From Laetmonice hystrix (Eukaryota): DNA of 64,000 nucleotides. A program made the translations under genes and the position numbers. Each line of letters opens with the position of its first letter. Within the stretch, counting starts at the first letter, position 1. The stretch is from positions 51,338,001-51,402,000 of the forward strand of contig OZ249436.1 of assembly GCA_965235115.1 (NCBI GenBank), in the 5' to 3' direction. This document shows positions 1 to 15,600 of the stretch, piece after piece. The notes under the pieces were generated by a model. It did not search any database. It saw only the letters and a program-made list of their open reading frames with translations, and was not told the DNA's origin.

Positions 1-1250
1 CTGCCGAATATTATCGAATTTTGCCAAAAAATTGAGGAGAAGCAATATAACCGATTTGTCACCTGGGACCCAGTTCTTCCTAAGGTCAAAGGTCAAATTA
101 AGGCTCAAATTGAGGCAGCACCCTTGGCCAATTATGAGCTCCCAATATGAGCTCAGAAAATGTCTTCAATGTTCAAAATATGTTGGACGTCATCACGTGA
201 CGTCACATGACGTCATGATTCGCTGCCTGACCAGACTCATTGTCAAGATGTGTGCCAAATTTCATTTAGATATGTTGAAAATTGATTGAGATACACATAC
301 ATGTCTAACTGCTACTACGACGACGCTAAAAACTAGACACGATGTGGTGATACCACAATGGATCCCATCCCCTGGGTGTCCCGTCTGACATCTTGGCTGA
401 CGATACCTGTACCTATCTTATACAGCATACCATCTCTTACCTTATAGGGCTACCATCATCAGGTCATTACTCAACCAATCTACCAACGCCATACTACCAA
501 TTACCCATATTTGCCAAAGTCCCTAGTATTTTAAACAATATAAATTTCAGACAATATATTATTGCTTGATTTGCTGATGTGTCCACCTTGGTGGGCATCT
601 CCTCCCCAAATTTAATCAATTTAATCAAGGATAGACAGAGATATAATAAGGAACTTACTAGTAGAATCATGTAAAAATACAAATTGAGAGAGGAAAGTAG
701 GGGGTGGACGAAGGAAGAAAGGGTCAGATTGTTGCTCTCAATATTGCCTGCCAGACTCTACGGCCATGATGGAACTGCCGACATCTAGGCGGACGATACT
801 TGTATTGTATAACATAACAGTGCATAGGCCTATTGGTTAGAGAGAGCACATCTTCCGTACTTCACATTTGGAATTAATTTATTCTAAACGAAAAAAGGGA
901 TATACAAAGATATGAGATCAACATATACCACCTCTCAATGCGCCCTCTATCGTGGAGTTGCCACCTAGCGGCACATAGCTGACACACAGCTGGCTGTCGA
1001 TGGACTGACGCGAGGCCATTTGTACGAAGGATACACACAGATATAATAAGAAATAGCCTTACTAGTAGAACCATGTAACAGAAATTGGGAGAGGGAGGTA
1101 GGGGATGGAAGAAGGAAGAAAAGAAAGGGTCGGATTGTTGTACTCCATAGTGCCTGCAGGACTCTACGGCCATGATGGAACTGCCGACATCTACGCGGAC
1201 GATATATAGGCAATTAAATCTGAACCTTGGCCCAATGGCTGGGCAATTAA

Positions 1251-1860
1251 AGAGACGCGTCACTTTTCTCAGTGGCGCCACCTCGTAGCAATTGACGAAC
1301 TCTATTTTTACACGTTGCAACGCGTTTTTTACGTCACTCAATGCTGTCAACAACACGGCAATGCAGAGGCAGAGTCAAGTCTGGCCGCTTCGCATCCCAG
1401 AAACAGTTTGACAAAAGGCTTCACGATGCCAGAAAAATGTACTTGACTATGTGTTTTAACATTGGAGTCTATGGGACCGATAAGACCCTTGGTAGTGAAA
1501 ATGTCGATATCTCATGAATTTCCATGGTGACATATGATTTTTTTTAATCTAAAGTGTTCAAAACAAGTCATGCAACAATTCTGAGAAGTATTTTCAGAAT
1601 CTCTGGGTTAGAAATGTCTGAAAAAAATCTTCTCTCTTTTAATTCGAACCAAAAATTTCACGTATCTCTCTCTACTCTAGACTGTAGTAGGCTAGTGCGA
1701 GTTGAAGGCCTATCTTCAAATGCTCATAACTCAGGATCCGATATGGTGACCCGCCATTTTCTTTGCACCAAAATACTCGAAAAATGTAGAATTATTTTAT
1801 GTGAAAGTAGCCTGAAAATCTCTGGGTCAGAAATTTTTGGCTTATTGGTGTCGAGTCCCT
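1251..1860. mobile_element. Kolobok-like non-autonomous DNA transposon
   Basis: TTAA on both flanks; imperfect TIRs (AGAGACGCGTCA vs rc AGGGACTCGACA); splits one copy of the local 'ggcaaTTAAatctgagccttgg' repeat. Confidence 0.6.
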
Positions 1861-2075
1861 TTAAGTCTGAGCCTTGGTCCAATGGCCGAGAAATTAAATC
1901 TGAGCCTTGGTCCAATGGTCGGGCAATTAAATTGAGTTTTTGCATGGCCCAATGTCCGGGCAATTAAATCTGAGCCTTAGTACATGCAGTGGCCAGGCAA
2001 TTAATTACAACTGAGCTTTGGTACAGTGGCCAGCCAATTAGGCCTACAGCTGAGCCTTGTTACAGTGGTTGTGCA
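1861..2075 (+). repeat. ~40-bp tandem minisatellite (ggcaattaaatctgagccttggtccaatggcc)
   Basis: 5-6 degenerate copies; further copies at ~1209-1250 and ~13630-13670. Confidence 0.7.
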
Positions 2076-2531
2076 ATTATACATGTAGTATGAGAGGCCG
2101 CATTGCACCACTTGGCAATATCTTCAGCCACGGTACAGTGGACGGGCAATGAGATCGGAACCTTTTGCCGACTAGCGTAAAACGTCCACTACTCAACTAT
2201 ACATATTAGGTTTGTATAGGTATCCAAGATCTACATTTAGAACAGGCTATATGACAGATAAACTATCATTTACACGATCCTGAAACCCTTTTTGAGAAGG
2301 TAGGCCTAACTAAATCTATAGGGGTTTTAACATGAGAGTGAGGAGATGATCCAGGTGAACCCCTGTAAACAGAAAAACCAAAGTGCAGCTTTGCAGACTC
2401 GCACACAGAAAGAATGCCTTTACAAACAACCACGCAGTGTGGAGGCAATATCAGACTGAAAGGTAGGAGAACTGTATTATTGGGTTGTTTCACGAATGTA
2501 CTTCAAGGGTCTCATAAGTGTACATACTAAT

Positions 2532-3954
2532 CAGGGGCGCCGCTGCCTATTTCAAAGTGGGGGGGGGGACAATCTTGGTGTGATTGACCTTTTTCCCCCC
2601 AGATTTATGTACCATAAGAATTGCAACTTTTTTTTTTGCAGGGGGGGGGGGGGGGGTCAGAAGGTGCCCGCGCCGAGAGGGGGGGCTCCGACTGAAAATG
2701 TTTGGGAATATAAAAGGCCATAGATGCTATTTCCCGGCTTCTCAGCATCAAACTAAAGAGCTTTCGGTGCCGACCTTTTGCTCAAGGTTAATGTATTAAT
2801 CAGTGAGGGATTCAGGGGGCTTGCTCCCCTTAGATCTTCCTTTTTTGTATGAAGATGTATTACTATTAGTACAGTTACAATGAAATCATGCCGAGCGTAG
2901 CGAGGCTAAAAATTTTTTTAGGTGGGCCCCACCTGGCCCTTGACATAACAAGAAACAGTATCAAGCAATATTTATCAGAAGAAAAAACATTTGACGATTA
3001 AGCCTAAAACACACTTTTACCAAATAAAATAGAGACCATTCCCATCTTACTTGCCACTCTCTATTCTGCCACACTAGGCCTAGTAAAAAATTGGTAAGCC
3101 TCACTCATTAATAATAAATGAATACATTCACGCATGAGGTCTTTTTCTTCAAAATCAAATAGGAAGGCCCAACATGGGGGTCGAAAATGTTAGGCCGCAG
3201 GCCTAACGCTGTCAGACAATAATTAAAGCGTGGCCTAGATTTCCTAGAGCTAAACATAGACCTGAATATTCAGGTCTATATGAGCTAAACAAGAGGCGGT
3301 ACAGGGGCGGATCCAGCTTTTTCAAGTAGGGGGGTCCAACGTTTTTAGGGGCGCAACCGGAGTGACTGTACGAGCACCGAAGGCAGAAAGCCTTGCTAAG
3401 GGGTCCGGGGGCATGCCCCCCCGGAAAACTTTCAAATTCAAGGTGTAATTTAGTGAAATATGATGCATTTTGGAGCACAAAATAAGCTATTTAAAGACTA
3501 ATGATGTCAAAAGTAATATGTAGCCCTACAATGCCGTGAGGCGCCATTAACGGCAGGAGGGGCGCCATGAAACTATAGGGGGGTCCAGACCCTATGTGAC
3601 CCCCTCCCCTGGATCCGCCAGTGTGGTAGGACTGAGATACACAGGGAAGCTGCAGGGGGCCTAGGCCGCGGTTAGGCCCATATTAATTATAGAAGAGCAA
3701 TGCATAGACCTATCTCCTAAACACATAGGCCTAGGCCTATATAGGCGAAAGCCAAGATTAAAAATAATCAAAATCTATCTTAAATTTGCCTCCCATGGGC
3801 CATTGACCTTAAAAAGCAGGCATAGGGAGTATAAGCAGACCGGTAGATCTATTAGGCCTATAGATTTAACTTCAAGGAGCCTTTGACCTTTTTAGGTCGC
3901 CAGCAAAAGTGGGGGGACATGTCCCCTCCGTCCCCCCCGGCAGCGGCGCCCCTG
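2532..3954. mobile_element. Non-autonomous TIR transposon, 16-bp TIR, 5-bp TSD
   Basis: CAGGGGCGCCGCTGCC...GGCAGCGGCGCCCCTG perfect TIR; CTAAT on both flanks. Confidence 0.85.
3302..3623. mobile_element. MITE nested inside 2532-3954
   Basis: CAGGGGCGGATCCAG...CTGGATCCGCCAGTG; flanks CGGTA/TGGTA (4/5 TSD match). Confidence 0.75.
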
Positions 3955-5099
3955 CTAATATGCACAACTTACCTTATTGATACCATCAGAGGGTGATGGC
4001 CGTTAATGTCAAGCCTTGGGCCGAGCAGGGGCCCCGTTCTGAGGTCAAAACACCAACAAATATACCGCAGCGGAAGGTAACGCCTGAACCGTTCGAATCA
4101 GGAAATGCTGAAACAAAAACAAATTACGAACTTCAGCTCAATTGAAACTCAGAATTAACTAAATAAAGCGAAATTGCTACAACTCACCATCAGATTGGCC
4201 TACGTGTGAATTATCATTCCCGCCCAAATCAAGATTTGACAACTATAGGCTGTTACATACATCCAATGCCTACCTATGAACACTTGTCGACCACTTTGTC
4301 GAACTCGTCTCTTGGTTCTGAGATCACTTTAAAACATCCGCGACGCCATCTATATGGAGAAAACATTGAACAAAAGAACGTGATGTTTTGTAGATTAAGC
4401 GTGGAAATAGAGGGTGAATTTATATACCAATCGGTGGGGTTGTAATTTATGACGTAGGAGATATGTTCTTTGGTTGGTGACTATTTCAATGACGACTACG
4501 ACCATCGCTTCACACAGATTCGATCTGCAACATCACGTTGTAGTCTTTACATTTTGCGATGTGTCATTGATTTCATCACCACCGCCTTTGGAATAATCTA
4601 ATTCAACCGGCTTATAAAAACTATACACGTGACCATATAAAGATCTTTCACACTCGTGAGCTTGTACGTACCTTTCCTGAAACAAATATACACAATGCTC
4701 GACGTAATTGTGAGAAAGACCGATATTGATGGCCAAGAGTTCTACGGTTACACCAAGCCATTTGATAGTGTTTTACAGGCTCGAGATCCGAAAAGGCCTG
4801 CTGTTTCATGAAACCTGACTCGGTAATTTGCAAACATTGCATTCTAAAATTCACTTAAATCCCGAAGTGTCAAAATCCGAGCTTATCCTCGGTCCAAATT
4901 TTGAAGGGGGGGGGGGGGGGGGAGTTGGTTGACAGTCTTTGTGCTCAAACTATAGCTGTCCAAATTAGATCTAGGCAATGTTATCAGTATACACACTTGA
5001 TTCCATAGTAACCACCTGCACTTGGGAAAAAGTCACAGTACGCCACATAACTGTCTAAATGTGGGCAAAAAGCAAATAATCTATCCAGTCAGTGGACTA

Positions 5100-8000
5100 T
5101 TAGACTACTATACCTGTGCATGGGACAAAGATACGACATTTTGATACCTTTAATCACCTGTATAGGGGCAAAGATAAGATATACTGAAACAGCCTTGGCT
5201 GTATCAGTGAATCACCTGTGTATGGGGGAGGGGGGAAATAAGATATTTTAGTATCAGTATCAGTGAAAACCTTGGTTGTAAAAGTGATTCACCTGTCCAT
5301 GGGGCAAAGATCAAGAATACACGTAGATCATCTAATTAAAGTATCAATGAATATAGCCGTTTGTCAGCATAAGCACTGCAAACCCGCGATTCGTTCATGA
5401 AAATAGTTGGGTACACACCACCAAAATCCTGCTTACATGCTAAAGCCATAGTAAGCAATATAACCTCCGTATGTGAATGGGGTAAAGATTAGATAGATTT
5501 GACAGCCTTGGATGTATTTAACCACGTGTGTATACGTAAAGATCGGTCAACAGTTTTGTTCCTATCACCAGATCACACATTTTGACAGCCTTGGCTGTCT
5601 AAGTAAACCACATCGGTAAAATCAGATTATATTTGGCAACCTTGGTTGCACTTTGTGAATCACCTGTGTCTACGGCAAAGATCAATTATCACCTATGTGC
5701 ACGTCCCGTTACGCCTGTCTGACGCAACTGGGACATATTAGGGATCTTTGATTACTCAAAACTGTATCAAATATGCAATATTTGTAAAACATTCAAAAGT
5801 TTCGCACGTTTCACGAAATGAAATAGTCGGAAAATGGACGCGATGGAGGAAAATACCCGCGCGAAATGGCACATAAAATTAACGGTGTTCAGTATTATAC
5901 CCGTTACTTGCCTTAAGTTAAGCAATGCACCATTTTAACTACTTGTGCATGGGGCAAATAGACATTTGAGACTGAATCATCTGTATCGGGGCAAAGATTT
6001 GACATTTAACAGTATCAGAGAACACCATTTGCATGAAGCCATAAGTAAATATTTTGGCAGCCTGGGCTGTCTCAGACAAGATTTTTTTAAAACAGCCTTG
6101 GCTGTTTTAGTAAACCACCTGTGTTTACATGGGTAAAAAATAAATATTACACAGCCTTGGCCGTGTTTTCAAATCACTTGTGTATGGGTAGATGTTAATT
6201 ACACAGCCTTAGCCGTATTTTCAAACCACCTGTGTGTGGGTAAAAAAATAATATTACACAGCCTTGGCCGTGTTTTCAAACCACCTGTGTATCAATGAAT
6301 ATAGCCGTTTGTCAGCATAAGCACTGCAAACCCGTGATTCGTTCATGAAAACAGTTGGGTACACACCACCAAAATCCTGCTGACATGCTAAAGCCAGTAA
6401 GCAATATAACCTCCGTATGTGAATGGGGTAAAGATTAGATAGATTTGACAGCCTTGGATGTATTTAACCACGTGTGTATACGTAAAGATCGGTCAACAGT
6501 TTTGTTCATATCACAAGATCACACATTTTGACAGCCTTGGCTGTCTAAGTAAACCACATCGGTAAAATCAGATTATATTTGGCAACCTTGGTTGCACTTT
6601 GTGAATCACCTGTGTCAGGGCAAAGATCAATTATCACCAATGTGCACGTCCCGTTACGCCTGTCTGACGCAACTGGGACATATTAGGGATCTTTGATTAC
6701 TCAAAACTGTATCAAATATGCAACATTTGTAAAACATTTAAAAGTTTCGCACGTTTCACTAAATGAAATAGTCGGAAAATGTACGCGATGGAGGAAAATA
6801 CCCGTACGCGAAATGGCACATAAAATTAACGGTGTTCAGTATTATACCCGTTACTTGCCTTAAGTTAAGCAATGCACCATTTTAACTACTTGTGCATGGG
6901 GCAAATATCAGACTTGAGACTGAATCATCTGTATCGGGGCAAAGATTGGACATTTGACAGCTGTATCAGAGAACCCCATGTGCATGAAGCCATAAGTAAA
7001 TATTTTGGCAGCTTGGGCTGTCTCAGACAAGATTTCTTTAAAACAGCCTTGGCTGTGTTAGTAAACCACCTGTGTATACATGGGTAAAAAAATAAATATT
7101 ACACAGCCTTGGCCCTGTTTTCAAACCACCTGTGTGTGGGTAAAAAAATAATATTACACAGCCTTGGCCGTGTTTTCAAATCACCTGTGTATGGGTAGAT
7201 GTTAATTACACAGCCTTAGCCGTGTTTTCAAACCACCTGTGTGTGGGTAAAAAAATAATATTACACAGCCTTGGCCGTGTTTTCAAACCACCTGTGTATC
7301 AATGAATATAGCCGTTTGTCAGCATAAGCACTGCAAACCCGTGATTCGTTCATGAAAACAGTTGGGTACACACCACCAAAATCCTGCTTACATGCTAAAG
7401 CCAGTAAGCAATAGAACCTCCGTATGTGAATGGGGTAAAGATAGATTTGACAGCCTTGGATGTATTTAACCACGTGTGTATACGTAAAGATCGGTCAACA
7501 GTTTTGTTCATATCACAAGATCACACATTTTGACAGCCTTGGCTGTCTAAGTAAACCACATCAGTAAAATCAGATTATATTTGGCAACCTTGGTTGCACT
7601 TTGTGAATCACCTGTGTCAGGGCAAAGATCAATTATCACCAATGTGCACGTCCCGTTACGCCTGTCTGACGCAACTGGGACATATTAGGGATCTTTGATT
7701 ACTTAAAACTATATCAAATATGCAATATTTGTAAAACATTTAAAAGTTCCGCACGTTTCACGAAATGAAATAGTCGGAAAATGTACGCGATGGAGGAAAA
7801 TACCCGTACGCGAAATGGCACATAAAATTAACGGTGTTCAATATTATACCCGTTACTTGCCTTAAGTTAAGCAATGCACCATTTGAACTACTTGTGCATG
7901 GGGCAAATAGACATTTGAGACTGAATCATCTGTATCGGGGCAAAGATTTGACATTTAACAGTATCAGAGAACACCATGTGCATGAAGCCATAAGTAAATA

Positions 8001-11000
8001 TTTTGGCAGCCTGGGCTGTCTCAGACAAGATTTTTTTAAAACAGCCTTGGCTGTTTTAGTAAACCACCTGTGTTTACATGGGTAAAAAATAAATATTACA
8101 CAGCCTTGGCCGTGTTTTCAAATCACTTGTGTATGGGTAGATGTTAATTACACAGCCTTAGCCGTATTTTCAAACCACCTGTGTGTGGGTAAAAAAATAA
8201 TATTACACAGCCTTGGCCGTGTTTTCAAACCACCTGTGTATCAATGAATATAGCCGTTTGTCAGCATAAGCACTGCAAACCCGTGATTCGTTCATGAAAA
8301 CAGTTGGGTACACACCACCAAAATCCTGCTGACATGCTAAAGCCAGTAAGCAATATAACCTCCGTATGTGAATGGGGTAAAGATTAGATAGATTTGACAG
8401 CCTTGGATGTATTTAACCACGTGTGTATACGTAAAGATCGGTCAACAGTTTTGTTCATATCACAAGATCACACATTTTGACAGCCTTGGCTGTCTAAGTA
8501 AACCACATCGGTAAAATCAGATTATATTTGGCAACCTTGGTTGCACTTTGTGAATCACCTGTGTCAGGGCAAAGATCAATTATCACCAATGTGCACGTCC
8601 CGTTACGCCTGTCTGACGCAACTGGGACATATTAGGGATCTTTGATTACTCAAAACTGTATCAAATATGCAACATTTGTAAAACATTTAAAAGTTTCGCA
8701 CGTTTCACTAAATGAAATAGTCGAAAAAATGTACGCGATGGAGGAAAATACCCGTACGCGAAATGGCACATAAAATTAACGGTGTTCAGTATTATACCCG
8801 TTACTTGCCTTAAGTTAAGCAATGCACCATTTTAACTACTTGTGCATGGGGCAAATATCAGACTTGAGACTGAATCATCTGTATCGGGGCAAAGATTGGA
8901 CATTTGACAGCTGTATCAGAGAACCCCATGTGCATGAAGCCATAAGTAAATATTTTGGCAGCTTGGGCTGTCTCAGACAAGATTTCTTTAAAACAGCCTT
9001 GGCTGTGTTAGTAAACCACCTGTGTATACATGGGTAAAAAAATAAATATTACACAGCCTTGGCCCTGTTTTCAAACCACCTGTGTGTGGGTAAAAAAATA
9101 ATATTACACAGCCTTGGCCGTGTTTTCAAATCACCTGTGTATGGGTAGATGTTAATTACACAGCCTTAGCCGTGTTTTCAAACCACCTGTGTGTGGGTAA
9201 AAAATAATATTACACAGCCTTGGCCGTGTTTTCAAACCACCTGTGTATCAATGAATATAGCCGTTTGTCAGCATAAGCACTGCAAACCCGTGATTCGTTC
9301 ATGAAAACAGTTGGGTACACACCACCAAAATCCTGCTTACATGCTAAAGCCAGTAAGCAATAGAACCTCCGTATGTGAATGGGGTAAAGATAGATTTGAC
9401 AGCCTTGGATGTATTTAACCACGTGTGTATACGTAAAGATCGGTCAACAGTTTTGTTCATATCACAAGATCACACATTTTGACAGCCTTGGCTGTCTAAG
9501 TAAACCACATCAGTAAAATCAGATTATATTTGGCAACCTTGGTTGCACTTTGTGAATCACCTGTGTCAGGGCAAAGATCAATTATCACCAATGTGCACGT
9601 CCCGTTACGCCTGTCTGACGCAACTGGGACATATTAGGGATCTTTGATTACTTAAAACTGTATCAAATATGCAATATTTGTAAAACATTTAAAAGTTCCG
9701 CACGTTTCACGAAATGAAATAGTCGGAAAATGTACGCGATGGAGGAAAATACCCGTACGCGAAATGGCACATAAAATTAACGGTGTTCAATATTATACCC
9801 GTTACTTGCCTTAAGTTAAGCAATGCACCATTTGAACTATTTGTGCATGGGGCAAATATCAGACACTTGAGACTGAATCACCTGTATCGGGGCAAAGATT
9901 GGACATTTGACAGCTGTATCAGAGAACCCCATGTGCATGAAGCCATAAGTAAATATTTTGGCAGCCTGGGCTGTCTCAGACAAGATTTCTTTAAAACAGC
10001 CTTGGCTGTTTTAGTAAACCACCTGTGTATACATGGGTAAAAAATAAATATTACACAGCCCTGGCCGTGTTTTCAAATCACCTGTGTATGGGTAGATGTT
10101 AATGACACAGCCTTATCCGTATTTTCAAACCACCTGTGTGTGGGTAAAAAAATAATATTACACAGCCTTGGCCGTGTTTTCAAACCACCTGTGTGTTGAA
10201 AAAAATAATTACACAGCCTTGGCCGTCTTTTCAAGCCACCTGTGTATGGGGTAAAGCTTAGAAACCTCCTGTGTATAGGATGAATATACATTGTCCAACT
10301 AACTGAATGGGGTAGTCCCACCACTCGTGTAGTTCGTAAAGTTTAGATATACAAGGCAGCATTTGCTGTATTGTGAAATCTGTGTATATGGTAAAGATTT
10401 AATTTATGTATGAAAGAGCCTTGCATGTCTGATGACATTCCTATGTATGGGGTAAAGGAGCTACATCAGACAATCTTGGATGTATCATGAAACCCCCATG
10501 CATTCTCCACCCCAATCTCAGAGTCATCCTTGATCCATAGCATAATGTGTAGGAGCACTTGTAAAAATAATGATCGCACCTTTTGACAGCCTGGCCGTCT
10601 AAGTGTAAGATAAGAATTTGGCAAACTTGGTTGCACTTTCCAATCGCCTGTGTCTGGGTAAAAGAATCAACAATACATGTACAGATTGGAGGGAAATACG
10701 CAGACGCGAATTGGTCTCAAATCTGGAATACATGTCCCAGAAAATGACCCACGGGTGTACGACGTAAATAGATATATGTCGCAACCTTTTGATATCAGGA
10801 GAACCCCCATATAATATTAGTCACATTTCTGTTACAGCCTTGGCTGTTTTAGCAACTCACCTGTGCAGGGGTAAAGATACATTAGCCAGCCTTGTCAAGT
10901 GGGTAAAACCACGACTGTCAAACTACCTGTGAATCAGGTAGGACACCACCTGTGAATGAGGTAAATTGTAGATAGATTTGACAGCCTTGCATATATTTAA

Positions 11001-12600
11001 ACCACGTGTGTATACGCAAAGCTCGGTCCAAATTTTTGTTCATATTACAAGACCACGCATTTTGAGAGCCTTGGCTGTCTAAGTAAACCACATCGGTAAA
11101 ATCAAATTATATTTGGCAACCTTGGTTGCACTTTGTGAATTACCTGTGTCTAGGGCAAAGATGAATGGTCCCCAATAAATGCATGTGCACCTTCTGTTAC
11201 GCCTGTCTGACGCAACTGAGAGATATCAGGGATCTTTGATTATCTCAAAACTGTATAATTTATATACAACATTTGTAAAACATTCAAAAGTTCCGCACGT
11301 TTCACGAAATGAAATAGTCGGAAAATGTACGCGATGGAGCAAAATACCTGAAAGTACGCGAAATGGCACATAAAATGAACGGTGTTCAGTATTATACCAG
11401 TTACTTGCCTAAAGGTAAGCAATGCACCATTTGAACTACTTGTGCATGGGGCAAATAACAGACACTTGAGACTTAATCACCTGTATCGGACCAAGATTGG
11501 ACATTTGACAGCTGTATCAGAGAACCCCATGTATACGAGGCCAAAAGTAAACATTGTGGCAGCCTGGGCTGTCTCAGTCAAGATTTCTTTAAAACAGCCT
11601 TGGCTGTTTTAGTAAACCACCTGTGTATGGGTAAAAAATAAATATTACACAGCCTTGGCCGCGTTTTCAAATCACCTGTGTATGGGTAAAGGTTAAATGT
11701 TACACGGCCTTGGCTGTGTTTTCAAACCACCTGTGTCTGGGGTAAAGATTAGAACCCTCTTGTGTATAGGATATATACATTGTTCTCACACCAACTGAAT
11801 GAGGTAGTCCCACCACCTCTGTATTTCGTACAGTTTAGATATACAAAACAGCATTTACTGTATTGTAAAACCACCTGTGTATATGGTAAAGATTAAATTT
11901 ATGTACGAGACAGCCTTGGCTGTATGTTGACATTCTTTATGTTTGGGTTAAAATGAACTATATTACGCAATCTTGGATGTATTATGAGGCCATCTGTATG
12001 TGGAAAACAGTTCACAGCCTTGGCTCGTCAGTGAATCAATGTGTATAGGTCAAACAATATATTACCAGATTTAACATAGGATAAAGTGACAAAATTAATT
12101 CGCGTGAAAAAAACCCATGTACTCCACCTCAGTCATTCTTGATACATAATCATATGTGTATGGACAATGGCTCATTGCATATATTTGTAGGTACAAATGG
12201 TTGTTGGATATTAGGCACTAAAAAATTGAGAAAAGAAAAATAATTGAGAAAAGAAAAATAATTAATATGCATATTACACAAAACGAGAATCAACGTTACT
12301 TTTGCGAGATGGAAACCGAGATACTCTTAATCCATCTGTGATCCTCTTATGTCTGTACCAACTATACAGACATTTTGCCAGCATCCACTAAACCCGTCTA
12401 ACATTGGGGGAAAATACGCGGATGCGAAATGGTCTAAAATCTGGAATACATGTCCCAGAAAAGTATCGGCCAGAAATATGTTGTAGCGTTACTGTCATCA
12501 GGTAGGCAAGGTAGTCCTGCCACGTTGATCTTTGAATTACTGTACCTGTGCATGGGACAAAGATGACATTTGAAACTGAATCACCTGTAGGGGGTGAAGA
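5100..12600 (+). repeat. Hierarchical tandem satellite (~60-bp subunit, 942-1007-bp monomer, 1949-bp dimer)
   Basis: Anchor ATCAATGAATATAGCCG at 5343, 6291, 7298, 8240, 9247; recurrent ACAGCCTTGG..AAACCACCTGTGT subunit; degenerate flanks. Confidence 0.9.
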
Positions 12601-15600
12601 TAGCATTACCTTATCAATGAAAACATGTGTTCGGAAATGGTACCTTGTATAGAAGGAAAGTATGTCCATAATGATCGACCACCTTGCCCCACCTATTCAC
12701 TCTTGCCGCCTGAATAATATTGTTTTTGTCTGAAGTTATAGGCCTACTGCCAAGTCAACAATCATGAAGTTTTACGCGTGTGCACAATTCGCATCGAGAT
12801 CTGCGTGACAGATTTCTGTATCGCAGTAATCATTTAAGCGCATTTAGATTATCATTTTTATGTATTCACCAGGGCTATCACTGTCCCTAATGAATACGTC
12901 CGTCATCAAATAGACCAATTTTGGCCTAGTTTCCTTAAATGAGATATACCTGGACGTCTCCAGATGTATCTCTAGCTAGTACTAGAAACCGGTCCTACCT
13001 GTCGCTGAGGCATGGCACATACTGTCAAACAAAAAAAGGAGAAATTTTGCAATTAATAGTTCTGAAATTACTTTATCGATTCGATACTACGTTGTTGGGC
13101 TACATTATTAAAATCAAATTAAGTCAAAAATATCAAAATACTCCACTTACTGATCCAGTGTCCAGGTGCCGCTTCTCGTAGCTGATGGGAACCTGGTTGA
13201 TGGGAGCCTGATAAATGCCACACGGCATATAAAGTCATGCCACACGGCATATCAGTTCATCAGGCTTATCAGTTCATCAGGCTAAAGTCCACCAGGATGC
13301 CATACATCCTCGGCTCACAACAAAACACAAATTTCGCAGGTTTGGGGGTTCGTATCCTTGAGACACCTCACACACTCCAGGTAATCCGTGCGGAGAAGGG
13401 CAGGAATAACACGCACAGATGGCAGCACATGTCACGCGCCGTGTCAGGGTTAGGTCATTACCTCAGACATGGCGTCCTCAGTGAAACACGCTCGAAAACC
13501 TAAGGGTAAAAAAGGAAAAGCATATGGAAAAGTAAAGAGTCTTCCAGTCACAATAGGTCAAGGGGAGTTCAAGAGATATAGAAAGTAGGCTTACAATCAC
13601 CTTTGTGGATATGTCGCTGCCCAGAGTAGTTGGGCAATTAAATCTGAGCCTTGGTACATTGGCTGGGCAAGAGTAGCTAACAGGTCACATTACACCACTG
13701 GGCAAAAGTATCTAGGAGGTCACATTGCATTTCTAGGCAATAGTATCTAAGATGCCACATTACATGACTGGGCAATATCTTTAGCCACGTTACAGTGGCT
13801 GTGCAGTGGCATGGTCAATCCACAACGGGTGACGGCATAGTCGTCATCCAACCTACTTTTAACACACTATATGACAGATTTGAATTATAGGTAAATTCTT
13901 ACCTTAATGTACATTTATCATCAGGTACATCTTGTGCGATAACCCTGAAGCCCTTCTCCAGATAACTGCACGGAGAGCGAGGAGATGATCCAGGAAAAAT
14001 CCCTGAAAATCCAAAGCCGAAAGTTAAGCTTTGCCGACTCGCAGAAAAAGAAATATTACAATACAGTATATAGTTTGTAGCTAAAATGTGTTTGGCCTTG
14101 AAACTACAAATAAGACCAAAATTAAAATACAACAAAATTACAATTATAACCAGGTTCATATCCCGATGTTACAGGGAATATTACGCTGAATTCCGGGGGA
14201 TAATTCCCATCCTTGATTTTTCCCCTATAATTTACCACTACAATACCGTAGTTATATACAGACTGCTAGCGCCACCTCTGCATTAATTTGTCAACACGGA
14301 ACTTCACTGGACATTTTGAGAGCTGAAGGGCCCCCCCAAAAACATCCCTGTAGCTAGGCGCACATTAATTTACGAACAGCTTCCCGAGAGTTGTACAGGG
14401 CTGTAAACCCACATGTCGTTATAGGTGCTAGTGGCCATCGGTTACAGTTTGTCAAGCAAGGAGGCGTAATGTTAATAGAAAAAAAAATCAAACTACATTA
14501 TAGTACTGAATAAGGCATATTAAATATTCCCACCAACCAAAGAAAAAATACAACTAGGCATGTGGCGTTATCTTGCAATGTACGAATGTAAGGAAAGCAA
14601 GTGCAAAGAAGTGCATTGTATACTCGCTATGTTTTGTAACATTCACCAATTCGGACAGAATAAACAAGTACGCATAATGTCTCAAGTTTGTGGATAATAC
14701 CTGAAAGACTATAGAACTGTATTTTTGGGTTGGTTGGTGTGTAAACTGCAAGCGCCTCATAAGTGTGTATTCTGCACAACTTACTGTATTGATATATGAC
14801 TGGAGGCTGGTCGTTTTAGTAGTGCATATCACAGCAGCCAATACACCAGAGTAAGCAAGACCTGAACCGTTCGACTCATGAAAGTCTGCAATAAATAGAA
14901 TAAATAAATTTCAGACTTAGTTAAACTGGTACCCTAACTCAGATAAACTTGGAACTCGAAAAGAATTGGGCCGTTCAAATTTTTCCAGTAGTGTACACAG
15001 TCATGCAGAATCAACTAAATCCAGTGGAATTCTTCAAGACCAAACCCCATAAGGTAGATACGTTGATTTCTAATTTGCAAATCTTGAGTTGGTCATAAAT
15101 GAGTAAGCAAGACTTCCCAATTCATTTTAAATTTTCACACGGTTGCACAAACATTTTCAATTGTTTAAGATAAGAACTGAAATTTACACAAGCATATTTT
15201 TGTACGTTCCCCTTCTACCTATCGAGTAACCGAGGAATTGATTATCTTTCCTTTTTATCCAGTCAACATTTTTACGTACCATGCCGATAATTCTCTGCCG
15301 CAATTCCTTGCTGATAACATTCCATTCGCACACCTGTACAGTCGTCTCTCGAATGAGCACAGCTGAACTTTAAATAACTCTTTATACCACACAGCGTTCT
15401 CAAGAGCCAATCTGATTGGACTGCTTGTCCAAGGGATGTAAACACACGTTTTCGTGCCACGATACGCTTTGGTGTCCGTACCACACCGCAAGTTCAAGGT
15501 TGTCAAGGCCTTGTTTCCAGCCATCAGCACGGATACATGCGTAATTTCAGCCCACCTTTTTGATTATAATTTGTGATGAAATGCCACCACTTTGCACAAA

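Noticed and set aside
5945..11612. Repeated short ORFs (...LRLNHLYRGKD...) as a tandem gene family
   Set aside because: They are translations of satellite DNA; starts and frames differ between copies through indels.
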